The position numbers and the translations under genes were made by a program. A stretch of 63,964 nucleotides of DNA, counting the filler, from Dimargaris cristalligena (Eukaryota), in the NCBI GenBank assembly GCA_003614675.1. It is 4 parts of 4 records of this genome, joined end to end, with 100 filler letters (N's around TTAATTAATTAA, not from the genome) between each part and the next. Parts side by side here need not be neighbours in the genome. Positions count along the whole stretch, not along the records: positions 1 to 16,586 come from ML002840.1; 3 more parts are not named here. One strand, written 5' to 3'. The notes under the pieces are model-generated. The model saw nothing but the letters and a program-made list of their open reading frames with translations. It did no database searches and was not told the DNA's origin. Positions 1 to 12,984 of this stretch are shown here, piece after piece (the first letter of the stretch is position 1; every line of letters starts with the position of its first letter).

Positions 1-203
1 CTTTATGACCTCATAGTCTAGAAAACATCGTCTCCTCTCACGGTTTCAGCGATAATGGTTTTTTTTTTCTAGACAACGAGTTCAATGTTGACGCCCGTTT
101 CGGATTAAAAGAAATATATATAGTAATGATCCGGTCTTGATAAAACCGATAAAGAAATTGATAAAAATAAGCTTCCCTTAATCCTGCACTATGCAGCAGT
201 ACA
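1..203 (-). repeat. Dispersed repeat, probable LTR terminus; near-identical reverse complement of 32987-33185; continues beyond the window start
   Basis: Direct comparison: 1-203 (ctttatgacctcatagtctagaaaac...tatgcagcagtaca) is the reverse complement of 32987-33185 with only a few substitutions/indels. Similarity stops sharply at a TGTA terminus. Confidence 0.85.
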
Positions 204-726
204 TTAGCATCTGATCAGGTGCCGATTGCATCAATAAAGTAGCGTGTTACTATCCTTCAATGAAACTCCTGCCGATACCAACCGTTAGGTGACAAGTATC
301 GAATTAAGGCCAAAATGGTGCCTATTGCGCGACTGTCAGCTTTAGCAGTAACAATCCGCCAAACCAGCCTGACCTGACCACCGCAGCGTATGCTATACTC
401 ACATATCCCAATCTTTTAGTGACATGACCATGCTGGTATAGGTGAATATATTATTGACCATTAAAGCCCAGATTTACTGGGGAGGAATCCTCCATAATCC
501 ACCACTATAAAATGGCCGAAATAGTTAACTAATTCCCTGCTGTGGCATTTGAATATGCCTAATTTTTTATTCAAATTCATCATGAGCTACTAGACATAAA
601 TATTTTTTTAGAGTAGTGAAATAATACATTAAGCAAGTAAAGCTGGTTTGGCGGTAATTTAAAGTCTATTGCCAAGTGTTTGAGCGATCCGCTGCTGAGT
701 GGTTTGATTTTTTTAAAAAAAAAAAA

Positions 727-1794
727 TTACTGGCCAAGATATTTGACTACCCACTCACTCTTGACGAAATATTCAATCATATTTAGCACCAAGTTGGACT
801 CAGCCACAGTTTTGATGCCCAGCACCACCTTAACACTGCCCGCGGTTTCCAGGGCCTGTTTCAATCCGGCCATGTATTCCCCCATGCGCATGACGGGCGC
901 GATGGGATTATTAATGACATCCACGGTGACTCGCGAGAGTAGGGGGTGGTAATTCAGAACCACCAGCAAATGGTTCGCGGCCACGGCGCTGCGAATGAAC
1001 TTCAGTACGGCGGCATTATCGGACACGGACTCGGGCGGTAATTGCGTTTCAATCAGCGCCGGGTAGTAACCACTGGCTTGCTGCCGTACGTAGGCACTAC
1101 GGAGGGCCTGGATATTGTGAAGGACCAAATCGTGGACCTCGGATTTCAGCTTAGCACCGGGATAGGCATTGTAGGCAAGGGGAAGCATCGCATCGAAGTG
1201 GTGGCCACCGTACAGGTTGAGGAGTTCGTCGTAGTACTCGGCGGGGTCAAATCGGACCGTTCGGTCTTCCTGAAACGTATAGTGGTCGATACACGGGGCG
1301 TCTGATACATCGACAAGCAGGGGAACGGGTTTGCCAATAAACGAAGGTCGGTTAAGATCGGTACTGGAAACAGGGCGGGAGTGGCCACTAATACTACTGC
1401 TACTGCTCCTACCACTATTTTTGTTGGTGCTGCTACCGCTGTCACTATTATCATCCATGGTCGATTCAGGGGTGGACAAATCGGTGGATGAACCGTAGGA
1501 ACCTTCAGTTGACTCGGTCATGGGCGACGGGGGCCCCATTCGGCTAGCCAGGAATCCCCCATTGGACATCCAGGGGAATGGTTTATCTTGGGAGAGACGG
1601 CGGTAAAAGGGAGTTTCGGAGTAGCTCTCCACCGGGGTCGATGGGCCGCTATTAAACCCCAGTCCAAGATTTCCCGGACGGAGTCCCAAGAAACTGGGAT
1701 TAATTCCCAGGGGGCTAGTATATACTGGCAAACTCATCCAGGTTGGGGTTCCCAGTAGAGTGAGTATGGTAAGGCGTTGGAGGAGTGATAGCAT
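727..1794 (-). CDS. Putative secreted protein, 355 aa, unknown function
   Basis: Intronless ORF with a hydrophobic N-terminus (MLSLLQRLTILTLLG...), a Ser-rich linker and a ~200-aa globular-looking C-terminus; upstream TATAAAA. No family recognised. Confidence 0.7.
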   Translation of the reverse strand: MLSLLQRLTILTLLGTPTWMSLPVYTSPLGINPSFLGLRPGNLGLGFNSGPSTPVESYSETPFYRRLSQDKPFPWMSNGGFLASRMGPPSPMTESTEGSYGSSTDLSTPESTMDDNSDSGSSTNKNSGRSSSSSISGHSRPVSSTDLNRPSFIGKPVPLLVDVSDAPCIDHYTFQEDRTVRFDPAEYYDELLNLYGGHHFDAMLPLAYNAYPGAKLKSEVHDLVLHNIQALRSAYVRQQASGYYPALIETQLPPESVSDNAAVLKFIRSAVAANHLLVVLNYHPLLSRVTVDVINNPIAPVMRMGEYMAGLKQALETAGSVKVVLGIKTVAESNLVLNMIEYFVKSEWVVKYLGQ

Positions 1795-1994
1795 GGTTGG
1801 GGGTAATAGGTGAGATAACTCGATGGTGCGGACACGTGGGCGGGTATTTTAATCCGGAGCTTAGTAATACGTATACTAATAATGCTAATAATAAATAGCA
1901 GTCTGGCTGTAAGAAAATATAGTCACTGGTCGATGCAATGTTCAATGTAATTGGCGATACTGGATAAGGAGTGACAGGGACGCGATCTTGGCCC

Positions 1995-2001
1995 TTTTAT
2001 A
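1995..2001 (-). promoter_or_regulatory. Candidate TATA box of the secreted-protein gene
   Basis: TATAAAA on the minus strand ~200 bp upstream of the ATG at 1794. Confidence 0.4.
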
Positions 2002-4379
2002 GGCAATCGGGATTTCGTTTTCAAATAGCATCGATCGGGCGTGGCCAAATGTATCTCCCCAATTTGACCAATGCGGTTGTGAATTTTATTCGCGATTCTA
2101 TTGACGTCGGTAATACCCAGCCCCGAGTCCCTTCCGGGGGTACCCGTTAATGGCTGTCATCGGCCAATCTTATATGCTGACCGGCCGTAAGAACGAAGTT
2201 GCTGCGGTATATTCCGAATTGCGCCTGCACGTATTATTATTATTGATAAAGGAGAATTATGTCCGGGAGGTTCCCCATTGGGCGGTGAAACGAGGGAACC
2301 GGAGCAGGACCACAGCACACCTCAGCTGAACGGGCCGTATCGCTTGGCTCAGAGTGCCATTGCAATCATTTTTTTGCATAACGTTTGACAGTTTCGGCAT
2401 TCACTAGTCTCACTGCCAGTCTCATTTTCCTGTACCACCGGGCTGACTAGGTGGAAGACCAGCGGGCATAGCTATGGTTAGCCAGTAGGGCCTTTCCCCT
2501 GGGCCTTCAGCTCTGCCACCTAGTTTGTGAGTGTTATTTTTTTAAAAAAAATGTGGCTCGAAGTAGCCATTATCACCCCACCTGTACAGTGGCAAATACT
2601 GGCCAAATTATCCTGTCGGCTCCTCACGGGGGCTACCTAATTAGTTGGTATTGATTCATGAATGCGGAATAGTTCCTCTCGGGGCCCTAAGTGGCGAAGG
2701 GTCACGCCTCGGGGGATCGCGGCTGCTATGGAAACCCCTATATCTGGGTAAGTCACACGCCGGATTCTTTCGGCCCGCATGAATCACTCTGGGCGTAATT
2801 TGGAAACCCCACTCCCCAACGAACCGACGTTGGACGAGCAGTTGGGTACCCCACTCTATTAAAATGGGGTGGCTAGCTAAGGGGGAAAGTCAGGGTAGAC
2901 CCATCGACCCATATTACAGTATACTTTTTAGGAAAAGGTGGAAATTATATGGTCCGCAATCAGTCGCGGATATTCACTTATGCAACCCACTTGGCCGGTT
3001 ACTGTTATTCAATATGAGAGAAGTTCAACGAGGCGGTATAAAAAATCCGTTGGATAAGGCAAACACTACTGGTTAAAAATGATTATCATGCCCATTCTCC
3101 CATGCACATACTATATAGAATCCTATACAGCCGGGTCGAATTCTACCCATATATATATATATATATATATTCGCGCCGAACACATACGCGTGGGTGGTAA
3201 ATCCTTCGCTGGGGACTAGGGGGCTTGGCTTCAAAAAGTTGCCTCGGCAATAGGCTAGTAAACCATCAGGCGAGATAGTCACTATAGCTTTATTTTAGTG
3301 CCTAAAGTACTTCAATAAGCTTAACAAGCTAATCGAACACCGAAGTACAAAAAAAAATACAAACGAAAACCGAAAATATTTTTAATAATTATCATTCATT
3401 ATTTTTAGGCCCCGGCACACCACAATCTCAGAAAGAAATGCCATGGATACTGTTACGATCAGGTCGAGTAAAACTAAGAATTACCATATTACCGGGTAGG
3501 GCACTTAAGCTTGTTAAAGAATGAAAAAGTAGATAATTAATTGGTAATTTTATTAAGGCATAATTTGACCTTTATAATGTATCGATTCTCTATTTAAACC
3601 TCCGGTAATTTAGGGTAGCCAATGGGGCCAGAAACCGGGCAATGCCCTTCGGACGGTGCTCCCCGGCCGAGGGGTCAGGTGACCTCTATGTCCTCGGGGC
3701 AGTTGTCCCCTTCAGGCGGTTACAATACTGATCATTTCCAATGACAACAAGTTTAAAACGCGTAGAATTAATATATATATATATAATTTACTCATAGTAT
3801 CGCATACCATGTCAAAGTTAAAATCCAGTTCATTAGTGAGAAGATAAGATCTTCCGACGAACACTGTTGACCTGCCACTTCAGTTGCCAAAACCACGTCA
3901 CCCAAGTGGATGGTGCTGTGGCATGGGATGCCCGTTCTGCGATATCCCCCTCCGACCTCATATACTGTACAACGGTGGTTGACAGGGGCCACTAGTTAAA
4001 AGGTAATTAGGGACCCTGGCAGCCCAGTATATGAATGGGTATAGAGATGCCCCATTTTGGGGTGAGATGAATAGGCTGGAACCACAGTGATTAAATAGTC
4101 GATTAGGGGCACAGTGGCATTAACTTAGACTTAGTTATACAACCGGGCGGCAGAGTGGCCGTTTACCGTAACTGAAGGACCCAGGACCACTGGGCAACGG
4201 CTTGATGGATGATTACAAAGGCACTATTACTAGGGCATACATATGAAGAGAACCCCCCTTATCCATAGGGCCACTAATATCCGAGTGGGGATATATTTAG
4301 TAATTGAGGGGCGTATGATATCACCTCAGGGGCCAATATCTAGTGCCAACCGCAACTTAAATGGCCCAATGCCAGATTA

Positions 4380-5075
4380 GGAAGATTCCTCTAGCAGGTA
4401 GACTGGGTAAAGCGCTGTTAAATTCTTTATAGAGCTCCTAATGGAAGGACAACATTGGTCTGGGTGAATCTGTGGACAATGGTGGAAGAGATCCTTATGT
4501 CTGGGCATTACGTTTGGAGTGATACAGAGCCCTATTTTGGAGCAAGGAAGCTTCACCAAGGCTTTTTTATTGCACCCTCTTTCGCATAACTGGACTTGGC
4601 TTTGGCTATTGCCCAGTCCACATCCCTCCACCAAAATCCCACCATGGGACGGGCAATCAGATACTGTAGTGCCTATTTGGCTTCGGACTTAGCGAAGGTC
4701 CCATTGTTCCACGCGGGATTCGATAGGGACAATCTATACCTCGAAGATTCGGATGGGAAACAGCCCCAGTTGCGGCGTCGATTAAGGTAAGATGCTCGCG
4801 ATCATGGTTACGTGAGGTGTTTTTCAAAACACACACAAAAAAAAAGGAGAGGGTCAACTTTCATCGGATCGACCCCCTTAACTATTCCTACTACGATTAT
4901 CCTCGGGTTTTCTAGTCGTAGATGAACAAATGGTCGAACGCTCCATGACTAGCCGAGTTTGATCAACAGCCATAATTGGAACTTTAGTGAGGAACCAGAA
5001 TGCACAGCCAAATCACCTGTGAGTGAGGAAGAAGAGGGGGGAGAAGACACATGGTTGGATGTGGTGAACAGCCAG
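4380..5075 (+). pseudogene. Possible decayed spliced gene fragment
   Basis: One frame runs from ~4380 to AG|GTAAG (4786), resumes in phase after TTTTCTAG (4916) and ends at CAG|GTAAGT (5075). It is interrupted by 5 stop codons; no family recognised. Confidence 0.3.
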
Positions 5076-5816
5076 GTAAGTACGAAGGTAGCACATTGGT
5101 GGGATTTGGATATCAACCAGCCAAATACAATAAGCACAACAATAGCGGCTGTAAATAGGGCCAGGGTGCGGAAAGGAGGTGTATACCAATGTGCAGGTGG
5201 GGGGACTATTTCGTAGCCTAAGCCCTTTTAATAACGTTCAAAAATCAGGGATAGTCATAACAATAATAATAGCCATAGTCAACCGGCATGACCCATCTGC
5301 CAGACGCTGCACATCATTGGGCTACTCATTAAATATCCTTGCAGGCTCAGGCACATTAATGAGCCTGAAGTGTGCCACCGTGTTGGTAAACAGGCGATGT
5401 ACTGTCAGTGCGCCCCTAATGATAGATGGTATATATTCACCAAACACCCTCCTAGGGAGAAATGCAGCAGCGAGTTAACTGTTGGCATGATTGAGAAAAA
5501 CACGGCCAAAACGACCTGGAATTGGCCCATCTGGATTCGGGGTGATAAAGCTGGGCACCACCGTCGATGAGGATTGGCCGACGGTTCGTTTGGTTGGGGG
5601 GAATCTGTGACTTTCAGTGGAAGACGAGCGCATCAGCAGCGGTGCAAGTCCGGTTTTCTAGGACAATCCAAATTTTATCGTGGGCGGCCAATGGATATGA
5701 GTGGTCGAGGTGGGGGTTCCAACTGGCGAACGAAAGGGGAGAAACGTGAGGGAAACATATTAGTATTATTACTACTGCCAATAGTAATGTGGATTTTCTT
5801 TTTCGTTCGATTTTTT

Positions 5817-5818
<2 letters not shown>

Positions 5819-5847
<29 letters not shown>
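5819..5847. repeat. (AT)n microsatellite
   Basis: Perfect AT run; similar runs near 3150, 3771, 28043 and 36130. Confidence 0.9.
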
Positions 5848-5849
<2 letters not shown>

Positions 5850-7377
5850 CAGCAATACATAAGCCGATGGTCAACGGGACTTACGAGGGCAGGTATGAGT
5901 AGAGCCTTGTGGCTTAAGGGTGTTTACCCCGCCTGATTCCCGTGGGAGTGCCTCAGTCTAGATACCATTGTTCATGAGATTGTCCAAGGGGGGAATGAGT
6001 TCGGGGAGGCCAGAAGAGGAGGAGGAGGGGGTACTTTTGGGAGGGAGAGGGGCAGCGGTATGGCCTTCAACGATAAAATCGCAGTCGCATCATCGGCGGG
6101 CACTGTGTAACTACTATGACTACTATTACTAAAATGACGGCATGGTGGCGAGGAAGATGCGGGTTGGCCGCCTAACGGCTAATTCTCCGGCCACGAGCGA
6201 TGCGGAAGACAGAGGGGGACGGGCTCATTGGCGGTGGGTTTGGGACCCAGGAGAATAATAGGGAGAGGGGGGGAATACGTCGAAGGAATGGTACGGCCCC
6301 TGGAATTAAGCGAGATCATTGAGGGCCGCTTGGCGCAGACGAGGCCATCGAATATCGTATATCCTATAGGGTAGAGTATAATCAGAAGAGCGGAGGCGTG
6401 GATTGGGTCGACGGCGGCCACACCAAGCGGGGGGCCGGGCCTTGGAGGCGTCGATCGACGGAGGCCGAACATTTACCCACTTTTCCGTTCCGGCTGAGAA
6501 GAGGGTCAGGGGATATACGGCAGAGAAAGGAGGGACGGCTGTACCACAGAGAGGGCCTACCACCGCTCACCTCCTCCACACTCGAACGGGGGGGAAAACA
6601 GGCGGTCGAATCACCAGTGGGCGTTCGTTGGTAGATAGAGAGAGGGAGATCCCTCATTGCCAATCCTCCCCATTGAGGGTCTCTGTCTCCTAGACATGGG
6701 GGGTGATTAAAGGGAGAGGGAGAGGGAGATGTAGGGGGCAGCCACTACCATTGCTACCACCACTACCACTTTGCCGCCCCGAGCCTCGGGATCCGGGCCC
6801 CTTTCCTTTACTATTGTTCTGGCCGCTATTGTCTGCGCACCCATATATAACGTCGGCTTGCCCTTACCCCTCGATCCACATGAACTTTTGCTTGGCTGGT
6901 CGCGGTATTCCCCTATACTCTTCCGCCCCTATTGTTGTTGTATTACTGCCCTTATCTGTATTTCTCTCCTAATTGTGCCCGTCAGTTCTATATATAATTA
7001 AAACAAGCGTGCCGTCCTCATCTCGTGTTGAGTCCCTTTTCAAACCAAACCACACCACCACCTCCTCTTCCTCTGTAGTTCTTCTCTGCGTGGTGTCGCC
7101 TCGCTTATTCTCACTGTAGGGTATTTTTCATATTTTCCTCCTCCTCTCACTCGCCTTTTACAGCCACGACCCTCGCCCGCTAACTGGTTAGCAGTGTTCC
7201 CCTCAAGGTAAATCCCCCACCAAATTAATCCGCCCAGATAAATTATCCTCTGTTTTTTTCCGCCCACCCAACTCCGCTGTACCTTGTCCCACTGGCGCTC
7301 ATCATCATCTGTTTCTTCTTCTTCTTCTGCATGCCCCCGGCCGTGCCCTTCGTATCCCGCCCGTAGCCCTCGTCGGC

Positions 7378-10101
7378 ATGTACTCCAACAATCACAACCA
7401 ATACCCGCCCACTGGGGGCCGGTCCCAGGACCCGAACCACCAGGCCTACTCGCCTAATCCCGAGGCCCACCACCAGGCCTACCCGCCGAATCCCGACCCG
7501 CACCACCAGGCTTACCCGCCCCCCGAAACCTCGTCCGTACACACCTACCAGGACTCCTACTACCATGCACAGCCCTCCGGGGGCTACGAATACGAACCCG
7601 AGAATGTCTCGCTCGTCCAAAACGCCCAGGGTATCCCGGTGGCTGCCTCGCTCCCCACCCCCGGCTTCGCCCAGGGGGCCTACCCCGCCTCTTCCAACTC
7701 CTCCTTCTCCCACCAGGCCATCAATGTGGGCTCCCCCGGCTCGGAGAAGAAAATCGACCCCCGGTCCAACCCCGCCATGGACCCGAGTATCCAGCACCTT
7801 TACGACCACGCCAACGCTCCCCCGCCGTCCTCGCGGTACTACCAGTCCTACCAGGATCTGCGTACCCGTCAACTGCAGCAGGTTCAGCTTACCTCCGGTA
7901 ACTTGGTCCTGGACTGCCCCGTGCCCACTAAAATCCTGCAAATGGGTCGCTACAAGGAAGGCGACGAGTTCACCAAGGTCCGGTACACCGCCTGTACCAG
8001 CGACCCCAACGAATTCCTGGCCCGCCGCTACACCCTGCGCCCCGTCCTCTACGGCCGCCACACCGAGCTGTTCATCGTGCTCACCATGTACAACGAAGAC
8101 GACGTGCTGTTCAACCGGACCATGACTTCCGTTTTCAAGAACATTGCCCACCTCTGCTCCCGTACCCGCTCCCGCACCTGGGGCAAGGACGGCTGGCAGA
8201 AGGTCGTTGTGTGTGTCGTGTCCGACGGTCGCCATAAAATCAACCCCCGTGTGCTGAATGTGCTCGGTACCATGGGTGTCTACCAGGACGGTATTATGCA
8301 GAATTCCGTCAACGGCCAACCCGTAACTTCCCACATCTTCGAGTACACCACCCAAATTACCGTCGACGACAAGAACAACATCCGAGGCCCCGACAAGGGC
8401 ATGGTCCCCGTCCAGGTTCTGTTCTGTCTCAAGGAAAAGAACGCCAAGAAGCTCAACTCCCACCGTTGGTTCTTTAACGCCTTCGCCCCGCTGCTCAACC
8501 CAAACGTGTGCGTCCTCATCGACGTGGGCACCAAGCCCGGCGGTACCTCTATTTACCATTTGTGGAAGGCCTTCGACCGCGACCCCCAGGTGGGCGGGGC
8601 CTGCGGTGAAATCTGTACCGATGTCGGTAGTGGCTGCTGTAACGTATGGAATCCCCTGGTGGCCGCCCAGAACTTCGAGTACAAAATGTCCAACATTCTG
8701 GACAAACCCCTGGAGTCCGTGTTTGGCTATATTTCCGTGCTACCCGGTGCCTTCTCTGCCTACCGCTACGCCGCCCTGCAGAACACTTCCCCTGGGGTGG
8801 GTCCGCTCGCCGCCTACTTCAAGGGGGAGTTGCTCCACTCCGCCGATTCCGACGGTGGCATTTTCGAAGCCAACATGTATCTGGCCGAAGATCGTATCCT
8901 GTGTTTCGAACTAGTCGCCAAGAAGAACTGCAACTGGGTGCTCAAGTATGTCAAGAGCGCCAAGGGTGTCACTGACGTGCCCGACACTCTCCCTGAACTC
9001 ATCTCCCAGCGTCGCCGTTGGCTCAACGGGTCCTTCTTCGCGGCCTTCTACGCCATGGTCCACTGGTACAAGATCTTCCAGTCCGGCCACTCCATCGTCC
9101 GAATCTTCCTGCTGCTAATTGAGTTTCTCTACAATTTGATTTCGCTCGTCTTCAGCTGGTTCTCGCTGGCCAATTTCTACCTGTGCTACTATTTCCTGTA
9201 CCACAACGTGATGGATGCGGTGGCGGCTGATCGGGGCAAGGACCCCTTCTTCGGCGGAGGCAAGATTGTGTACGAAGTCGGCCGGGAAATTTATCTCCTG
9301 GCCCTTATCACCATCTTCATTATTTCACTCGGTAACCGTCCCCAGGGGTCCAAGACAACCTACATGATTTGCGTGGTGCTCTTCTTTGTCGTCATGATTA
9401 TCATGTTCTACACCGCCATGTTCATGGTCGTTGAGTCTATCCGTCAAACCAAGTTCGAGCAGGGCCTGAGCGTGCTCAAAGACCCTACTTTCCGGGACAT
9501 TGTGATTTCGTTTGCTTCTACCTATGGTCTCTACCTCGTTTCGTCACTGCTCTACTTCGAACCGTGGCACATGTTCACGTCCTTCATCCAATACCTGGCT
9601 CTGCTTCCTTCATTCATCAACATCCTGACGGTCTATGCCTTCTGTAACGTCCACGACGTGTCCTGGGGTACCAAGGGCGATACCGGTATGACCAATGACT
9701 TGGGTCACGCCAAGATCAAGAAGCAGGACGGACAGGAGGTCGCCGAAGTCGCCGTGGCCACTACTCAGGAAGACGCCAACACCAAGTACGAGAAGTTCTT
9801 GACCGAGCTCCGGAAACCCGCGCCCGTGGAAAAAAACAAGCGGGATGCCTCGACCAAGAAGGAGGATAACAACAAGCTCTTCCGTACCCGGTTCCTGCTC
9901 GCCTGGATGTTCACCAATGCACTTCTGGTTGTGACTTTGACTTCCGACTACTTCCTCGACTACATCAAGGATAATTTCACCAAGGGTGATATCGTCTTTA
10001 ATCCCTACCTGTCTTTTATCTTCTGGTCGGTAGCGGGTATGGCCGGCTTCCGGTTCTTGGGGAGTGTTATTTATATTGTCATGTTCTACACCTTCGGATA
10101 G
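7378..10101 (+). CDS. CHS: Chitin synthase, division 1 (class I/II-like), 907 aa, intronless
   Basis: Motifs [63 protein letters not shown] and HDVSWGTKG; multiple C-terminal TM helices; strong C/G third-position bias. Confidence 0.97.
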   Translation: MYSNNHNQYPPTGGRSQDPNHQAYSPNPEAHHQAYPPNPDPHHQAYPPPETSSVHTYQDSYYHAQPSGGYEYEPENVSLVQNAQGIPVAASLPTPGFAQGAYPASSNSSFSHQAINVGSPGSEKKIDPRSNPAMDPSIQHLYDHANAPPPSSRYYQSYQDLRTRQLQQVQLTSGNLVLDCPVPTKILQMGRYKEGDEFTKVRYTACTSDPNEFLARRYTLRPVLYGRHTELFIVLTMYNEDDVLFNRTMTSVFKNIAHLCSRTRSRTWGKDGWQKVVVCVVSDGRHKINPRVLNVLGTMGVYQDGIMQNSVNGQPVTSHIFEYTTQITVDDKNNIRGPDKGMVPVQVLFCLKEKNAKKLNSHRWFFNAFAPLLNPNVCVLIDVGTKPGGTSIYHLWKAFDRDPQVGGACGEICTDVGSGCCNVWNPLVAAQNFEYKMSNILDKPLESVFGYISVLPGAFSAYRYAALQNTSPGVGPLAAYFKGELLHSADSDGGIFEANMYLAEDRILCFELVAKKNCNWVLKYVKSAKGVTDVPDTLPELISQRRRWLNGSFFAAFYAMVHWYKIFQSGHSIVRIFLLLIEFLYNLISLVFSWFSLANFYLCYYFLYHNVMDAVAADRGKDPFFGGGKIVYEVGREIYLLALITIFIISLGNRPQGSKTTYMICVVLFFVVMIIMFYTAMFMVVESIRQTKFEQGLSVLKDPTFRDIVISFASTYGLYLVSSLLYFEPWHMFTSFIQYLALLPSFINILTVYAFCNVHDVSWGTKGDTGMTNDLGHAKIKKQDGQEVAEVAVATTQEDANTKYEKFLTELRKPAPVEKNKRDASTKKEDNNKLFRTRFLLAWMFTNALLVVTLTSDYFLDYIKDNFTKGDIVFNPYLSFIFWSVAGMAGFRFLGSVIYIVMFYTFG
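7438..7521 (+). repeat. 33-bp coding tandem repeat (about 2.5 copies) in the chitin synthase N-terminus
   Basis: Encodes [28 protein letters not shown]. Confidence 0.8.
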
Positions 10102-11279
10102 TGTCATCTGGATCCCATTCGACTCGGGCTTTGTCTATTTATACCATCATCACCCGCGCTCCTTCAACCCCTTCATTTAATTATATACTATATCACCCCC
10201 CCTCCTCTCACATACATATATCCTCCGTATTTACACATTCACACTTTATATATATAGTTATGCTATATGGCCATTCGTTGTCTGGTCGCTTTCTTAGTAT
10301 CGTTGTTGCCTCGGTTATGGGCACTTCGGTTCGTGTTTTTATTATTTACCTGACTTATAATCCATTTATTCTGGGCTGGGCCCCTTTTTCGTTAGTCGTG
10401 TATCTTTCGGCTTTTGATAACTATAGTTTTCGTTTATTCCCCTGTTAACACTTCCCTTTTGTAGTACGTGAGAGTCACTTGGCTCGTTCTCGAAATTCAA
10501 TAATCTCGCGATCTGTTCCAGCTATTATTGATTGATATTAAAAGTTCGTTTTGCTACCAAATGAATACATAGACACCCTTATCTGGCTATATTCATATCG
10601 ATTGGATAGGCAATTGCGTCTGGTAATTTGTGAGACCCCGCTGGAACTAGTTCTGGGTCCAGAGTGACTATGGCGCTCACTCCTTCTTTAACCCAATCCC
10701 TCCGTCTTGGTACACCCCCCAATATTCATGTGGGGGGGGATATTTGCTCTCCCCCCGGTCACTACTACCGTGGTTCATTGTTCTCTCATTTACATAATTA
10801 CCATAGTTGGTCGATAGTGTTCCTCCCCCCCTTTCGCAGATGACCAGGGCTCCAGTGTATCGTTCATTTGGCACCCGATTTTAGTAGGCAATCCACCATG
10901 TCTAATTATGGAGGGAATGGCGTGGTGGCGTTTCCAAGTAGAGTAAAAGACCGATAATTATACCAATAGCAGTGGATTGCATGAAACATTAGGACGACGC
11001 GTCCGTCGTGGCTAGAGGAATGGGAAAGGGGGGGGGGGGGGGGGTTCGTCGTACCTGCCCCAAGTATATGCGAGTCCCATCACCCTTGGGGAAGTCGCTT
11101 CTCGGTCAAGTCAACCCCCTCCCTAACCTGCCTCTGGACTGGTTCCTTAACCCTGTTTCGCTCCCATTTCCACTCTATTCTACTGTATTCGACCTCCCCC
11201 TTGCCCTTTACACCCTCTTATCCCCAACTTATACCACCTTGTCCAACAATCCCCAACTCCGCCTTACCGCTACCTCGCC

Positions 11280-12984
11280 ATGTTCGGCCCAGGTATAGCC
11301 ATCTTTGTCCTTTTCTGGGCTACTATCGCCTATTACCTCGCCACTCCTCTGCGTACTCTCCACCGTGCTGGTAATGTATTCGGCAATGTCACGCAGGTCA
11401 ACGTCGACACTTGCCGGAAATTGGAAGGTAAGCCCCCTCTTCCATTTCACCCTCCTCTTATTACTCGTTCAGCTACCGTGTAGGCAGTGCCTATAGCAAC
11501 CTGACCAAGTGTGCCCCTATTCCAAAAGATGGGTATATATAGATATATATGTATAGATATGTAAGGAAATTAACCCCGGCTCTACATCCCGAATACGCAA
11601 TATATCTACTTCTTCCTCCCCTCCCCTTCTACAGTACCCGGACTCGAAGGCTGCGAAGATATTTCCATCCACCACCCGTCGGGCTTGGCCTTTATGGCCT
11701 GTAGTCCCATTGAGACTCGCATGAAGTGGTTGCCGCCGCAGGGACGTGAAACTCCCGTTCTCGAAAACGATTCGATTTTCCTCTATGACATCAAGGTAAG
11801 TGTGGACCTGGGCGGATCCTTCGCCCTCCTTTAGGCCGAGACAGATGTCCCTATTATTTTTTGATGTGAGTCGGATTGGCCATTATCATCATCATCCTCG
11901 GTTCGATAAATCCTGTCCTGATGGATCGCCTTGGACTTGAACACTGATATGACCCGTTATGGTTAGAAACTTGAAGGCGGTTAGTCCATCCTACTACCAC
12001 CCAATGACCAGCGTGTCTAATAGTATCTGCCCCCATACTTTGACTCCCATCTGGATCACCATCTCCCACTCGCCTTTTTTTGGTGGTTTGTTCTTCTTCT
12101 AGTTTGGCAAATTGTACAACCTCCGACTGGAAAATTTTTCTGGTGAATTCAAATCCCTGGGGCTTGATGTAGTACAGTCCCCGAGTTCGCCCCACACGGT
12201 GGTGGTCATGGCCGTTAACCGCGCCTCTACCGGGTCTTCAGTCGAGATTTTCGACTACGAACTTCCCCACGGGGATACGCCTCAGTTAGATGGTAATGGT
12301 CGACTCCTCAGTGACAAGCTGCAGCATCGTGAGACCGTTCAGGACCGCTTGCTGCTACCGGCTCCGAACGGTATCTATGCTCTCTCGGACGACTCGTTCT
12401 ACGTCACTAACGACCATCACCATCGCAGTGGACTGTGGGCGGCCTTCGAGACCATCACCGCCCGACCCTGGTCGACGGTAGTGTACCGCAACGACCAAAA
12501 GAAACTGCGACTGGCCTTCGTTGGTTTGCCTGCCGCCAACGGCATTGTCATCAATCACGACCGTACACTGGCTTACGTGGCCGTGACGATGGACGCCACC
12601 ATACGGGTATTCCGGGTGAGTCCCACGAGTGGCTTGTTCCACCTGGCCGAGACCATTAAACTGGACATGTACCCTGATAACCTGAGCCAGGACCCCGTCA
12701 CCGGCCAGATTTACGTGACTGGGCCGGTCAAGGCCATCGAATATCTCAAATATTGTCGCAAACCGTCCCTCAAGACCACCCAGTTGGCCGGGTTTAAGGT
12801 GCAGCAGATCCAGAACAATACTGCCTTTTCCAGGATTCTAGGGGTCAACTACGAAGTCCACGATTACATGGTGGAACCCGGTATGCTGTTGCCCTCGGGC
12901 TCTGTGGCGGCCTTTGATCCCGCGACCCGGCGCATGCTAGTCGGTAGCTTGCTTAGTGAGGGGGTTTTAGTATGTCAAATGTAA
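11280..12984 (+). CDS. Paraoxonase/arylesterase (PON)-family six-bladed beta-propeller, ~396 aa; exons 11280-11427, 11635-11795, 12103-12984
   Basis: GT-AG introns keep the frame. N-terminal signal/anchor; motifs C..LEGCEDI, PNGI, FYVTNDH, ANGI and YPDNLSQDP match PON calcium-binding blades. Confidence 0.85.

Noticed and set aside
4380-5075. Stop-codon reassignment as an explanation for the in-frame stops
   Set aside because: TAA, TAG and TGA all terminate well-conserved genes in this window.
7151-7165. GCCTTTTAC resembling U5 snRNA loop I
   Set aside because: No closing stem or Sm site; lies in the chitin synthase leader.
7243-8559. 438-aa antisense ORF over chitin synthase (similar shadows over ADE13, TBCK, SNT1 and NAP)
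   Set aside because: Expected by-product of strong C/G third-position codon bias; no independent motifs.
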